Positions 27,558 to 40,044 of a stretch of DNA of 57,160 nt are shown here, piece after piece (positions within the stretch are counted from its first letter, which is position 1; each line of letters opens with the position of its first letter). This DNA comes from Octopus bimaculoides. Lineage: Eukaryota. The position numbers and the translations under genes were made by a program. The notes beneath the pieces are model-generated. The model was not told the origin of the DNA and made no database searches. It worked only from the letters and a program-made list of their open reading frames with translations. The stretch covers positions 56,491,554 through 56,548,713 of the forward strand of contig NC_068989.1 of the NCBI RefSeq assembly GCF_001194135.2. Reading direction: 5' to 3'.

Positions 27558-27838
27558 ACAAGATTAAATGGTCTGTTATTGAATCCGCTCCTGTGTACGT
27601 CAACAACCGAAAGTGCCCTTTCTGCTTATCAGAAAAATTCTGTATTACACAATCGCTCAACTTGCTAATTTTAACATTGGAATTTGTTTCTTCATGTCCC
27701 TATAAAGGAAACTAGTTTTAAAATTCTTCAAGCTTCCCACTGGATGACATTGTATATGGTTTTAGCTAACTGTGGAGTGTATCAAGTATCAGCCTTTTAT
27801 CTATCTCTTCTAAACATCTTCATTTCTTTTAATGCACC
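27558..27838 (+). mobile_element. Penelope-like element GIY-YIG C-terminal fragment and 3' flank (copy 2, inverted)
   Basis: KIKWSVIESAPVYVNNRKCPFCLSEKFCITQ...; inverted duplicate of copy 1. Confidence 0.6.
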
Positions 27839-28121
27839 ATAACAATAATAATAATAATGGTTTCAAATTTGAACTAAGAGCATAAAGACAGATGAAATGC
27901 CACTAAGCATTTTGCCCGGCATGCTAATGATTCTGCCACCCTGCCAATGATAATAATGGTTTCAAATTTTGTCACAAGGGCAGCAATTGTGGGGGAGGGG
28001 ATGTATTGGTTACATAGACCCCAGTGTTCAACTGGCAAAGCTAACCTTGGTGGAATTTGAACTCAATGTAGCAACGGGTGAAATGCCACTAAGCATTTAG
28101 GTAGCCTGCCAGCTCACTGCT

Positions 28122-28157
<36 letters not shown>

Positions 28158-30214
28158 GTTTGAAATTTTGGCACAAGACCAGCAATTTCAGAGGAGGGGC
28201 TAAGTAAACTACATCGACCTCAGTGCTCAACTGGTACTTATTTTATTGACCCCCAAAAGGATGAAAGGCAAAGTCGACCCTGGGTTCATTTGGAAGGCAA
28301 AAGTCACACCCAGGTGTTTCTTTTCAAGACAAGAGGGAGGCTTGGCTGCTATTTTTAGCAGGTCAAGCAATCTTGTAGAGGCTCCATCATTGGCATCTTT
28401 GTTGTTGTTCTGTCCCAGAACTATGTTCAAAGAAATTCCAATTATAGCCACCTCTCTTATTTTTTTTTTTTTTTACATACAGAATAACTCAGACTACATC
28501 ACTATCATATGTGTCCTTTCTTTATTTTTAAAAATGAAAATGAAATGCCTGAGCTGAGGGATATTTGTCTGCTATTTCCAGCAAGTATTTTTTCAATTCC
28601 AACAGACCTACAAGCAAACAGCTAATCATCAGGTGCAAATTAAAAAAAGGTAACATAAATGACACTAAGTACCAATGGGGTTTTATGATCTTATACTTAG
28701 CTCTGATCCCAAAGTGTTAATCAGATGAGAGCTACATCTTCCAAGGGATAAGATGCATACCTATCTCAGGTAATGTTCTCAGATGATCTGGTATCAATAA
28801 CTACAAATTAAGTGAACCGAGATGTGTAAAATGATGTTTATAACCAGGCATTGGAGTGAAAGTGGCATAATAATTTGAATGCCTGCAGCAGCTGATACTG
28901 CAAAAGAAGGACAGCTAATGATGTTGACGATGATGATATTGCATCATTCTTATGGTCACTTTCTCCATGCTGGAATGATTTGAACAAGAACAGGCACAGG
29001 CATGGCTGTGTGGTAAGAAGCTTGTTTCCCAACTACATGGTTCCGGGTTCAGTTCCACTGCATGGTACCTTTGGTAAATGCCTTCTATGATAGCCTTGGG
29101 CTGACTAAAACCTTGTGAGTGGATTTGGTAAACAGAAACTAAAGGAAGCCTGTCATGTGTGTGTGTGTGTGTCTTTGTCTCCCAATCACTGCTTGACAAC
29201 CAGTGTTGGTCTATTTTTGTCCCCGGTAACTTAGTGGTTTGACAAAAGAGACCGACAGAATAAGTATTGGGCTGAAAAAATAAGTCCTGGGATTGATTTT
29301 GTTTGACTAAAATCCTTCAAGACAATGCTCCAGCATGGCCACAGACAAACGACTGAAAGAAGTAAGAGAAAAGAATAAAGAGTTATTGAGGCAGTATTCT
29401 AGACGGATGCCGTACCCGTTGCCAATCCTTTCTTGTTTTTCAAATAAACTATGTTTAATTCCACTCATCTTCACAGCAACAAGACCACCAAGCAATAGAA
29501 TATACTGTTTCCGTGATGTAAACATGTTATTGTTATTACTCACAACTTGTCAAGAAGACGGCATGTGGAAATACACACACCTACCAAATCTTAAAATTCA
29601 CATGATTATAATAAAAAAACGCTTGTCCAAGGTACTATGCATTGGGACTGAACCTGAAACCAAGTAGTTTGGAAGCAAATTTCTTAACTACACATCATGT
29701 CTGGACCTATGATTAAGACAATAATGATATAGGTTTCAAATTTTGGCACAAGGCCAGCAAGTTCAAGGAAGGGAGTAACTCAATTATATCGGCCCCAGTC
29801 ATCAATTGATATTTAATTTATTGACCCCGAAAAAAATGAAAGGCAAAGTCGACCTCAAATTTGAACTCAGAACATAAAGACAAATGAAATGCCATTAAGC
29901 ATTTTGCCCAGTGTGCTAATGATTCTGCCAGCTTGTCGTCCTTAAGATAATAATAATGATATTGAATATAATAATGATTTTTTTTCTAATATAGGCATAT
30001 GGCCTGAACTTTGGACAAGGGGAAGCTGATTACATCAATCCCAGTGGTTGACTAGTACTTACTTTATCAACCCCAAAAGGATGAAAGGCAAAGTTGACCT
30101 CAGTGGAATTAGAACTTAGAACATAAAGAGCTAGGAGAAATGCTGCTAAGCATTACTGCCCGATGAGCTCATGCTTCTGTCATCTCACTGCCTGCTGCTG
30201 ATGATGATGATAAG

Positions 30215-30680
30215 TATTCTGCTCAATACCACAGATTTGCATCTCAGTTGTTTGACCATAACCAGTTGAGCATGTCCCTTAGTGGCTGACGATATATGCA
30301 TCTCTGGTCATGAGCAGAAGTAGTGGGAGAGCATCATAGTCATGTGTTAAGAGGAATTCTCTGGGATTTGGATAATTCACCTCTGGAAACATGGGTGTGT
30401 TGTTCAACATCCTTAAGCAAACCTTATTCAGGGACCTTTTAAGTAGGATGGGCTACTCGACTTGAAGAAAATTCTAACTGGGCTCCACCTGCAAGGTTAT
30501 GCGCTGTTTATCTTGATATGAGATCTCCATGTCGCGCACAAATGGCGATGATGCATGTGCCTAGTGTATCCTTACCAGACGGGTAGTCATGATGGGTATA
30601 CTGGGCTTCGTATATTCTACCCCAGTATCAATTTGATGGCATGCACTGCTCTCTCTCTCAATAATAATAATAATAATATT
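30215..30680 (+). mobile_element. Interspersed repeat ending in (AAT)n, probable retroelement 3' end; second copy ~7080-7410
   Basis: Two homologous copies share cagggaccttt...gaagaaaattctaactggg...gatggcatgca.tgctctctc(aat)n. Confidence 0.7.
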
Positions 30681-31045
30681 TTTTACTATAAGCACAAGGC
30701 CTGGAATTTGTGGGGAGGGGACTAGTTGATTACATCAGCCTCAGTGTTTCACTGGTACTTAATTTATCGACTCCGAAAGGATGAAAGGCAAAATCAACCT
30801 CAGTGGAATTTGAACTCAGAACATGAAGATGGGCGAAATACTGCTAAGCATTTTGCTTGGTTTGCTTACTATTCTTCCAGCTCAACACCATAACAATAAT
30901 AATCTTTTCTATTATAGGCACAAGGCCTGAAAGTTTGGTAGGAGGGTGCTAGTCAATTACATCGACTCCAAAGCTTGACTGGTATTTATTTTAGTGACCC
31001 CCAAAAGGATGAAAGGCAAATAATAATAATAATGATGATGCTTAC

Positions 31046-31182
31046 CATTGCTTGATTTAATACGGTAACCGTTTACTCCGTCACGACATAATTTACGCTC
31101 AATCACAATTTGATTTCCAAAGAGATCCGGTTTGAAGGCATCAGCACCTTCGTTACTCAGGTGGATTATTATTTCAGCTGAC
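31046..31182 (-). CDS. SMC6: SMC6 coding exon 4 (SAEIIIHLSNEGADAFKPDLFGNQIVIERKLCRDGVNGYRIKSSN)
   Basis: ccag|G acceptor, G|gtaagc donor; phases match both neighbours. N.G.DAFK...G..I.I.R motif. Confidence 0.96.
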
Positions 31183-32043
31183 CTGGAAGGAACGTAATGT
31201 TAATTAGATAGAGTAACACAGAGTCTCATTGAGTAACATCATCATAACTTAGCATTCGTCTTCCATGCTGCCTTGGATTGGATGGTTTGAGATCTCAAAA
31301 GTTAGAGGACTGTGTTGTGCTTTTGATGCTTTGGCAGGGTTTCCACAGCTGGATGCCTTTCCTTATGCCAATCACTTTATGGAGCTGGAATTGTGGACTG
31401 GACAAAAGGTGAAAAGTAGAAACTTGACAAAAACTAGAAAGTTGTTGACTAGGTATGGAACCCACCACCCAAAAGCTGATATTAACTGGTTGTACTTGAA
31501 AAGGAAATATCATTGGAAGGGTTTTGAGCACTTGATGGCTTATTGAAATCATGTGGATATCTAAGGTTAAAGGAAATAACTTGTTACCCACAATAATTCT
31601 ACCACGAATAAGACCAATTCTGAATCTAGACGATCATCATCATCATCATCATCATCGTTTAACGTCCGCTTTCCATGCTAGCATGGGTTGGACGATTTGA
31701 CTGAGGACTGGTGAACCAGGTGGTTACACCAGGCTCCAATCTGATTTGGCAGAGTTTCTACAGCTGGATGCCCTTCCTAACGCCAACCACTCAGAGAGTG
31801 TAGTGGGTGCTTTTACGTGCCACTGGCATGAAGGCCAGTCAGGGGGTACTGGCAACAGCCACGTTGAAATGGTGTATTTTACGTGCCACTGGCACAAGTG
31901 CCAGGAAGGCGACGTTGGTAACGGCTCAAATGGTGTTATTTACGTGCCACCGGCACGAAGCCAGGCAGCTGATAATAATAAAAGGGATTGGGAGAAAAAC
32001 AAAACAACAAAGCAGAAAATGAAATAGAAAATAAGACACTAAC

Positions 32044-32149
32044 TGTTTGCCATTTTTGATAAAACTTTTTACAGAATTACTTCGACTTGTTGCTGATGCT
32101 TTGCCGCCAAGACCAACAATAATGGCACTAACCACAGCACTTTTCCCAC
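32044..32149 (-). CDS. SMC6: SMC6 coding exon 3 (S-GKSAVVSAIIVGLGGKASATSRSNSVKSFIKNGK)
   Basis: ctag|GT acceptor completes Walker A GRNGSGKS; CA|gttagt donor. GLGGKA..T.R motif of SMC6. Confidence 0.97.
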
Positions 32150-32974
32150 CTAGAAAAAAGACACAATTTACAGAAACAAATTATCAATTTTTCTGTTACA
32201 TTTTTTTATCAACTTCAATGATATTCATAAATAGATTAAGTAAAAGAGTATAAATAAGATATAGCAGACCACTACTGGATGGACTCCTTTTAATACCTGA
32301 AGGTTTCAGGTTTTGGCACAAACTTGTTGACACTGTTGCTCTAACTTGACACTGACCAATGGTCAATAACAAACACTAAGCAGAAACCTTAGAGAAAAAA
32401 AATGTAAAAATCTTTCAACTTCTTATGAATTAACTATTGAGATTTAATGTAAATAATCTTTTATCTTTTACTTGTTTCAGTCATTAGACTGCAGCCATGC
32501 TGCGGCACCACCTTGAATTTTTAATCGAATGACTTGACTCCAGGACTTATATTTTAAGTCTGGTACTTATTCTATTGGCCACTTTTGCCGAACTGCCAAG
32601 TTACGGGGGATGCAAACACACCAACAGTGGTTGTTAAGCGGTGGTGGGGGACAAATACAGACACAAAGACACACACACACACATATGAATGACAGACTTC
32701 TTTCAGTTTCCGCCTACCAAATCCACTCACAAGGTTTCGGTCAGACATTTGTCCAAGGTGCTATGCAGTGCGACTGAACCTTGAACCACATGACTGGGAA
32801 GCAAGCTTCTTACCACACAACCACAATAGACATTATAAGAACTAATTTGAGATAGAAAAGTGTAACAGGACATAAACAAAATAACCTGTCCTGCTAGTGT
32901 TAGCTGACTGACAAACTATCTTATTAAGGTTGTGTAGTACACTGGTTATGCTGGTTTAAATGCTAAAGGCTTAA

Positions 32975-33009
<35 letters not shown>

Positions 33010-33019
33010 NNNNNNNNNN

Positions 33020-33056
<37 letters not shown>

Positions 33057-34743
33057 TAATACTAGTAATAGTGGAGTACTGTTTATTTGTGTGTTTGCAT
33101 AAGATCACAATTAGCTAGTACCATCAAAATATGGAGTCGATGTGCCAGCTACATATATACACACACATATAGTGAGAAAGAAAGAGTGATAGAAAGAGAG
33201 GGAGTAAACAACATCATCATTTAACATCCGCTTTCCATGCTGGTATGGGTTGGACGGTTTGACAGGAGCCGACCAGGTAGAAGACTACACCAGGCTTCTG
33301 TGTCTGTTTTGGCATGGTTTTTTTTCAGCTAGATGCCCTTCCTGACACCAACCACCTCACAGAGTGGACTGAGTGTTTTATTATGTGGTACTAGCTCAGG
33401 CGAGGTCAGTTTTTTGCATGGTTTTTACAGTTAGGTGTTCTTATTGAAATAAGTATTCATCTTATTTTATATAAGTACCAATAACTTTTGATAAAATTTA
33501 AATTATAATTATTGTTTATATGCCATATTTCCAGATATTACCCTTGGTAGCAAAAGTACACTTCCAAAGTTACCTGTCATATGACAGGTACACTCTAGTA
33601 TACACCAGGGGTAGATATTCCAGGTGTGCTAAGTGTGTGCTGCACACTCATAGAAAATAGCAAATTCATTATAAATATTAACCATACTCATTAATTTAAT
33701 CACAAATCTTAATGAAAAACTTTTGTTATACCCCTGTTGGGAATCTGGTGGCATTGGGTGTGACAGCACATTCAATACACCAACCACCATACGCCACTGG
33801 TATACACACCTATGTAATGGGTTACTTTCAGTTTCCAGGTGCCAAATACACTCACAAGATTTTGAACGACCCAGAGCTATATTAATTAAATTAGAAAACA
33901 TTTGCCCAAGGTGCCATGCAGTGGGATTGAACCTGAAACCATGTGGTAGTGAAACAAACTCCTTAACAACACGGCCATACCTGCATCTATATACTTACCT
34001 AAGGTGCCTTGCAGTGGGACTGAACCAGAAACCATGTGGTTGTGAAATGAACTTCTTAACCACACAGTCATACCTGCATCATTATTTCATACAATTTTTA
34101 CTTTATCACATATTTGCTCCAGTTAGATTTTTAACATTCCTACATTAAATATGCTAATACTAACCTACACCTGTAGTTTTAATTAAGCATGGATATTATG
34201 ATATATTTGGCAACTACTTCATGGCAGGGTGGCTGGCAGGAAAGACATCAAACTATAAAACAATAGTAACTACATAACAAGTGTCCACGTTTGCGAGACT
34301 TTAACTGGTGCAAACATGACTATATGGTTACAGGATTTTGGGGTTCAATTCCACTGCAAGATACTTTCAGCAAGTACCTTAGATTATCATGTAATGCAAT
34401 CTAGTTTTGTGGAAATGAGAAGTAGTATTAATGCCATCTTTCTGGTTAAACAACTACTGGAGAAATATTTAGCTCAAAGTAAACTGCGTCAGATCAACCA
34501 AAGTCTTGTGAATGAGAGGAGCTGTGAAGGGACCACTTCATTAATAGGTGAAAAAATTGAAATGAAAGTGTAAAATTATTGATGCTAATGTAATAAGAGG
34601 AGGGAGAAGTAAGTGTAAAATAAGAGGCTTGGCTTAATTAACAAAAAAAAATGTAAGAATAAAATGATTGCTATTGGAGCAAGAAAAAGAGTGAAGCTGG
34701 CTTGGATCAACGAGAAGAAGATACAACTAAGAAAGAAACTTAC

Positions 34744-34858
34744 TTCCATTTCTGCCGATAATAAAGTTGACATGTGGACCAAATTTCACTTCCAGCTTGT
34801 GGTGGCACATGAAGTTCTTCAAGATAATCTTTTGAATGTACCCAATTTGACATTGTTC
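34744..34858 (-). CDS. SMC6: SMC6 coding exon 2 ([38 protein letters not shown])
   Basis: aacag|GAA acceptor, GGAA|gtaagt donor. Contains the SMC6-type LKNFMCH motif and the first half of Walker A. Confidence 0.97.
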
Positions 34859-35946
34859 CTGTTAAAAAAATAGTGAGACAATTTTGAATGAGATGTTAGA
34901 CACCTTTCATATACTGGCAGACAAAGAAAGAAATCCCATCTTGATTTCACAATGTTTCAGCTGTTGTACACTCCAGGTGTCTTGTGTTGAACTCAGTTGT
35001 TGCATTGGAATTTTAAACCTAGCTCTTTATTTGATCCATGGGGGTACACTGTTCTCATTCTGCTTCCTGCATTTCATGACATTTTTTGCTTCAGTTGATT
35101 TTTGTGAATTACCTTAGTGCTTTGCCTGGGATTGAACTTAGAAACTCTAGGTAACTGCACTGCATTAACCAATGTATTTATCTACTGTGCTATGCACAAA
35201 ACATAGTGAAAGCAATAATCAAGATGAGGATACCAGTCCGACTAATATAAACAGTAATATATAATATAAATTCCTTATTTCACAAATATAGAATTGTATT
35301 AAAGAATTCATGGAGGCAGTGACAAGAGACCGAGACCATTGGCGATATACCATACTTAAGAAGATCTGTCAAGCTAAGTGAGCCTGTAGTTATGACTGAT
35401 GCCAGTGTTGTGTAACTGGCAGCCATGCTGGTGGCACATAAAAAGCACCCACTACACTCTTGAAGTGACTGGTGTTAGAAAGGGCATCCAGCCATAGAAA
35501 CCATACCAAATCAGATTGGAACTTGGTGCAGCTCCCCAGCTTACCAGTTTTCGGTCAAACTGTCCAACCCATGCCAGAATGGAAAATGAACGTAAGATGA
35601 TGATGATGAATGTTACTAAACTTCAACTGAAGAAGACCCAGAGACAATTTTCTTTTTGCTCTTTGTTACTATTTTTGTGAGAGGTGGGCGGACCACAACT
35701 CACTTGTGAGTTTCATTTTCTTTCCTTATTTTGGTTTCTACAGCTGGATACTCTTCCTAACATCAACAATGTCACAGAGTATATGAAAAAAAAAATGGAG
35801 CTGGCAAAATTATGCATTACCAGAAATGAATAAATTAATACCCCATTAAAATAAAGACAATCTAACTAAAATGGTTGGAATTTACTTCTGAAGCTCTGTA
35901 AATAAACTACAAAAAAGCATGAATGGACCCAGGAGGAATAAGTTTC

Positions 35947-36871
35947 AACATTATATGATTTTAGAAGGCGACGAGCTGGCAGAATCATACTGTGCCAGGC
36001 AAAATGCTTAGCGATATTTCATGTCTTTACATTCTGAGTTCAAATGCTGCCAAGGTCAACTTTACCTTTCATCCTTTTGGGATTGCTAAAACAAGTTGAG
36101 CACTGGGGGTCAATGTAATCGACCTATTCCCTCTCCTAGAATTGCTGGCCTTGTGCCAAAATTTTAAACCAATATCACATGATTTCACAAGGTGACAAGC
36201 TGGCAGAATTGTTACCATGCAGAGCAAAATGCTTAGTGGCATTTCGTCTATCTTTACGTTCGGAGTTCAAATTCTGCCTAAGTCAACTTTGCCTTTCATC
36301 CTTTCAGGGTTGATAAAATAAGTACCAGTTGAGCACTTGGGTTGATGTATTCGACTTCACCCCTTCCACGAAATTGCTGGCCTTGTGCCTAAATTTCAAA
36401 ATTAATATTACATGATTTTACAAGGCGGTGAGCTGGCAGAATCATCACCATGCTAGGCAAAATGCTTAGCGGCATTCATATAGCTTTATGTTCTGAGTTT
36501 AAATGCCACTAGGGTTGACTTTGCCGTTCATCCTTTCGGGATCATTAAAATAAGTACCAGTTGAGTACTGGGATTGACGTAATCAACTCACTCCCTCCTC
36601 TAGAATTCCTGACCTTGTGTCAAAATTTGAAAGCAATATTACATGATTTCACAAGAAGGAAAGCTGGCAGAATCTGTATTGCACTTAGCAGCATTTTGTC
36701 CACCTTTATCTTCTGAGTTCAAATTCTGCTGAGGCTGACTGTGCCTCTTATTCCTTATGATGTTGATAAAATAAGTACCAGTGGCACTGTGGTTGATGTA
36801 ATTGATTTACTCCCTCCCCTGAAATTGCTAGCCATGTGCGAAAATTAGAAACCAATGTTATATGATTTTAG
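35947..36871 (+). mobile_element. Head-to-tail array of four family-A SINEs separated by a recurring ~18-bp linker
   Basis: Units start at ~35965, 36189, 36422 and 36653; the linker aat(a/g)ttacatgattt(c/t)ac-like also bounds both ends. Confidence 0.9.
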
Positions 36872-38015
36872 AGTGAAATCTGAGGAAACTTGTAAAGGTC
36901 TGCTTGGTTGTATAGCTACTACTGCTGCCACCACCTCACTGTTAGCTCTTCTCTGACGCCACTCCTTTCCACAAAATTCAGTGTGATTACTTTCTCATTT
37001 ACTTCTTGTCCATACCTCAAAATCTTAGTGGTACCTATTTAAAAAACCTTAATTCAAATGGTAGGCAAATCTGACCCAAACACAATTTGAAGTCAGAAAA
37101 TATTCAGCACCACACAATTTGCTAAATGCAACCCATTCATTTGTTTTACATTAATTTTTCAATGCTAGCATGGGTAAGATGAGTAAATCGAGATATTGTT
37201 TTGTAGTCGGATGCCTCTCCTATTGTTAACACTTACTTGTTCTTCAAAGATGGGGTCTTATATTTAACATATTTTCGAAGGTGCGAAATGTGTGAGTGTT
37301 CTGTTGACAGGGGGAATGATAACAACATTGTTTGCAGCAAACAACTAGCATGGAGCCCAAACGTAAACAAACACAAGACATACACACACACACAATCATC
37401 ATCATCATCGTTTTAACATTCACTCTTCTATGCTTGCATGTGTCAGCATTAATTGAGGTAAATTTTCAACTGACGGATGCCCTTCCTGTCACCAACCTTC
37501 ACCTGTTTTCAAGCAGGGTAATGTTTACCCATGACAGAACATGCTTCCAAATAAGGCTGGAAATAAATGACACTACCTATGGGACAGTGACACTTGTTTA
37601 CGACTTTCACATGATGTCAAGACAAGGTGACACACAAACATGATGGTTTTCCTTCATGTCCTGTTTACAAAATCTACTTATAAGGCTTTATTCAGCCCAA
37701 GGCTACTGTAGAAGACATCTACCAAAAATTCCACACACTTGGACTGAACTCAAAACCTTGTGATTGGGAAGCAAATCAAACTTCTTAACTATACAACCAC
37801 GCCTGCACCTTCACTAACACACACATACTGGCACAGGCATGGCTGAGGGGTAAGAAGTTTGCTTCCCAACCACATGGTTTCGGGTGCAGTCCCACTGTGT
37901 AGTACTTTGTGTAAGTGTCTTCTACTATAGCCCCAGGCTGACCAAAACCTTGTGAGTTGATTTGGTAGACAGAAACCAAAAGCAGCCCAGTCACATATGT
38001 GAGTGTGTGTGTGTG

Positions 38016-38046
<31 letters not shown>

Positions 38047-38056
<10 letters not shown>

Positions 38057-38525
38057 CATATAAATATATGCATATATCCATACATATATGTACATACCTA
38101 CATCTATATGTATACATACAAGCATATATGGGTACAGGACATCGCAAAAAAACGTTAAACACAATGAGAAACGAAAACAGAAAACGAACTTTTTTTCGAA
38201 CAATGAAAAAAACAGAGAGATGAGACATGCAACATAAAGAATATTTCCCTTCATCAGTTGTCCCTGTTCATCTACTCCACGTTGTCTTCGAAACGCAGAG
38301 TAAATGGACAGGGACAACTGATGAAGGGAAATATTCTTTATGTTGCATGTCTCATCTCTGTTTTTTTCGTTGTTCGAAAAAAAGTTTGTTTTCTGTTTTC
38401 ATTTCTCATTGTGTTTAACGTTTTTTTGCAATGTCCTGTACCTATATATGCATGTATGTATACATATAGATGTAGGTATGTACATATATGTATGGATATA
38501 TGCATATATTTATATATTATTTATA
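38047..38525. repeat. Near-perfect palindrome/hairpin, ~230-bp arms (38047-38277 / 38298-38525), ~20-nt loop
   Basis: Base-by-base complementarity read directly; few mismatches. Confidence 0.95.
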
Positions 38526-38569
38526 TTATTATATGATCGAACGCTACGCATCCTTCTCCAAGTAAGTTT

Positions 38570-38601
<32 letters not shown>

Positions 38602-38989
38602 GTTTAAAGATCCAAAGAGGAAGAATGAACAAAGAAAATGTATTCCATCCAGTGAGAGATAAATTTCAACTTAAATTACAACTGAGAGAGCTACTAATAG
38701 TTTTATGCTTTTATAATACTTGAACAAGCATATCTATAAAATACTCCATGTATCTTAAAACATGGATGGATGGATGGATGGATGGGTGTGTGTGTGTGTG
38801 TGTGTGGCTATCTATCTACCAAATTTATTCACAAACCTTTTGTTGGCCTAGGATTTTAATAGAAGACACTTGCTCAAAGTCAAGGTGTCATGCAATGGGA
38901 ACAGAACCATGCTTTATATGATTAGATAATGAAAAATAACAAAGCATTCCAGCATTAAAATGTTAGGAAGAAGTGTCAGATTTACTTAC

Positions 38990-39169
38990 ACCCATGGTTG
39001 GTTGATAGAGAAAGTCTGGGTTCTGAGATGTATGAGAATTGCTATCATCTGAAACATCTTCATCGTCTGATAACGTAGATGGACGCAACTTCTTCCTGGT
39101 TGATGTCTCATCATTACCGTTTCTGCCATCGCCTTGACTGTGTTTGTCATTTCTTTGTCGTTTTGGCAT
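38990..39169 (-). CDS. SMC6: SMC6 coding exon 1 (60 codons; basic/acidic N-terminal tail MPKRQRNDK...YQPTMG)
   Basis: Polypyrimidine tract + cag acceptor directly before ATG; GGT|gtaagt donor, phase 0. Basic (KRQR, RKKLRP) plus acidic N-terminus as in SMC6 proteins. Joins in frame to the next exon. Confidence 0.85.
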
Positions 39170-39296
39170 CTGTTTCAAGAAAGAATATAGAAACAGAAAA
39201 AAAAAATATAGGACTAGTTTTTGCTTCATTATTAAAATAAAGAAAAGAGAAACATTTCACTATTTCTGCATCATTCTTTCATACCATACATACTGG

Positions 39297-39677
39297 TTGT
39301 TGGCACTCCATCGCTTACGACGTCGAGGGTTCCAGTTGATCCGATCAACGGAACAGCCTGCTCGTGAAATTAATGTGCATGTGGCTGAGCATTCCACAGA
39401 CACGTATACCCTTAATGTAGTTCTCAGGGATTCAGCGTGACACAGTGTGACAAGGCTGGCCCTTTGAAATACAGGTACAACAGAAACAGGAAGAAAGAGT
39501 GAGAGAAAGTTGTGGTGAAAGAGTACAACAGGGTTCGCCACCATCCCCTGCCGGAGCCTTGTGGAGCTTTGGGTGTTTTCGCTCAATAAACACTCACAAT
39601 GCCCAGTCTGGGAATCGAAACTGCAATCCTATGACTGCGAGTCCGCTGCCCTAACCACTGGGCCATTGCGCCTCCAC
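39297..39677 (-). mobile_element. Young, CpG-intact tRNA-derived SINE ~130 bp upstream of the SMC6 start-codon exon
   Basis: A box TGGCCCAGTGG and B box GTTTCGATTCC on the minus strand; many intact CpGs. Confidence 0.85.
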
Positions 39678-40044
39678 GATACATACTAACATCATCATAA
39701 TCATCACCACATTGCTGTAAAATCATTTTTGAGTCAGATTTTTTGTACGTGTATTTAGTGCATGCATGGTTATGTGGTTCAGAAATTTACTTTGCAGCAA
39801 CATGGTTTTAATGCCATTACATGTTGCCTTGGGCAATGTCTTCTACTAGAGTCCCGGATTTACTAAAGCCTTGGGACTGAAATTTGGAAATAACTTGAAT
39901 TGTAATGAATCAGTCAATCAATGTCAGCATGGAAAACAAGTGTATGATGATGATCGTGTGTGTGTGTGTGTGTGTGTGTGCGTGCATGTTTGTCTCATGG
40001 TAGTTTAAGCAAAAATGAGTGGGAAGATAAGTATCACACTTAAA

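Larger units (their letters stand above)
24725..28292. repeat. Local inverted duplication: arms 24725-25597 and 27558-28292 around a ~1.96-kb loop containing SMC6 exon 5
   Basis: The arms share a PLE fragment plus SINE pieces with identical truncation points and private variants (e.g. aaatgaacccagggtcgac). Confidence 0.92.
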
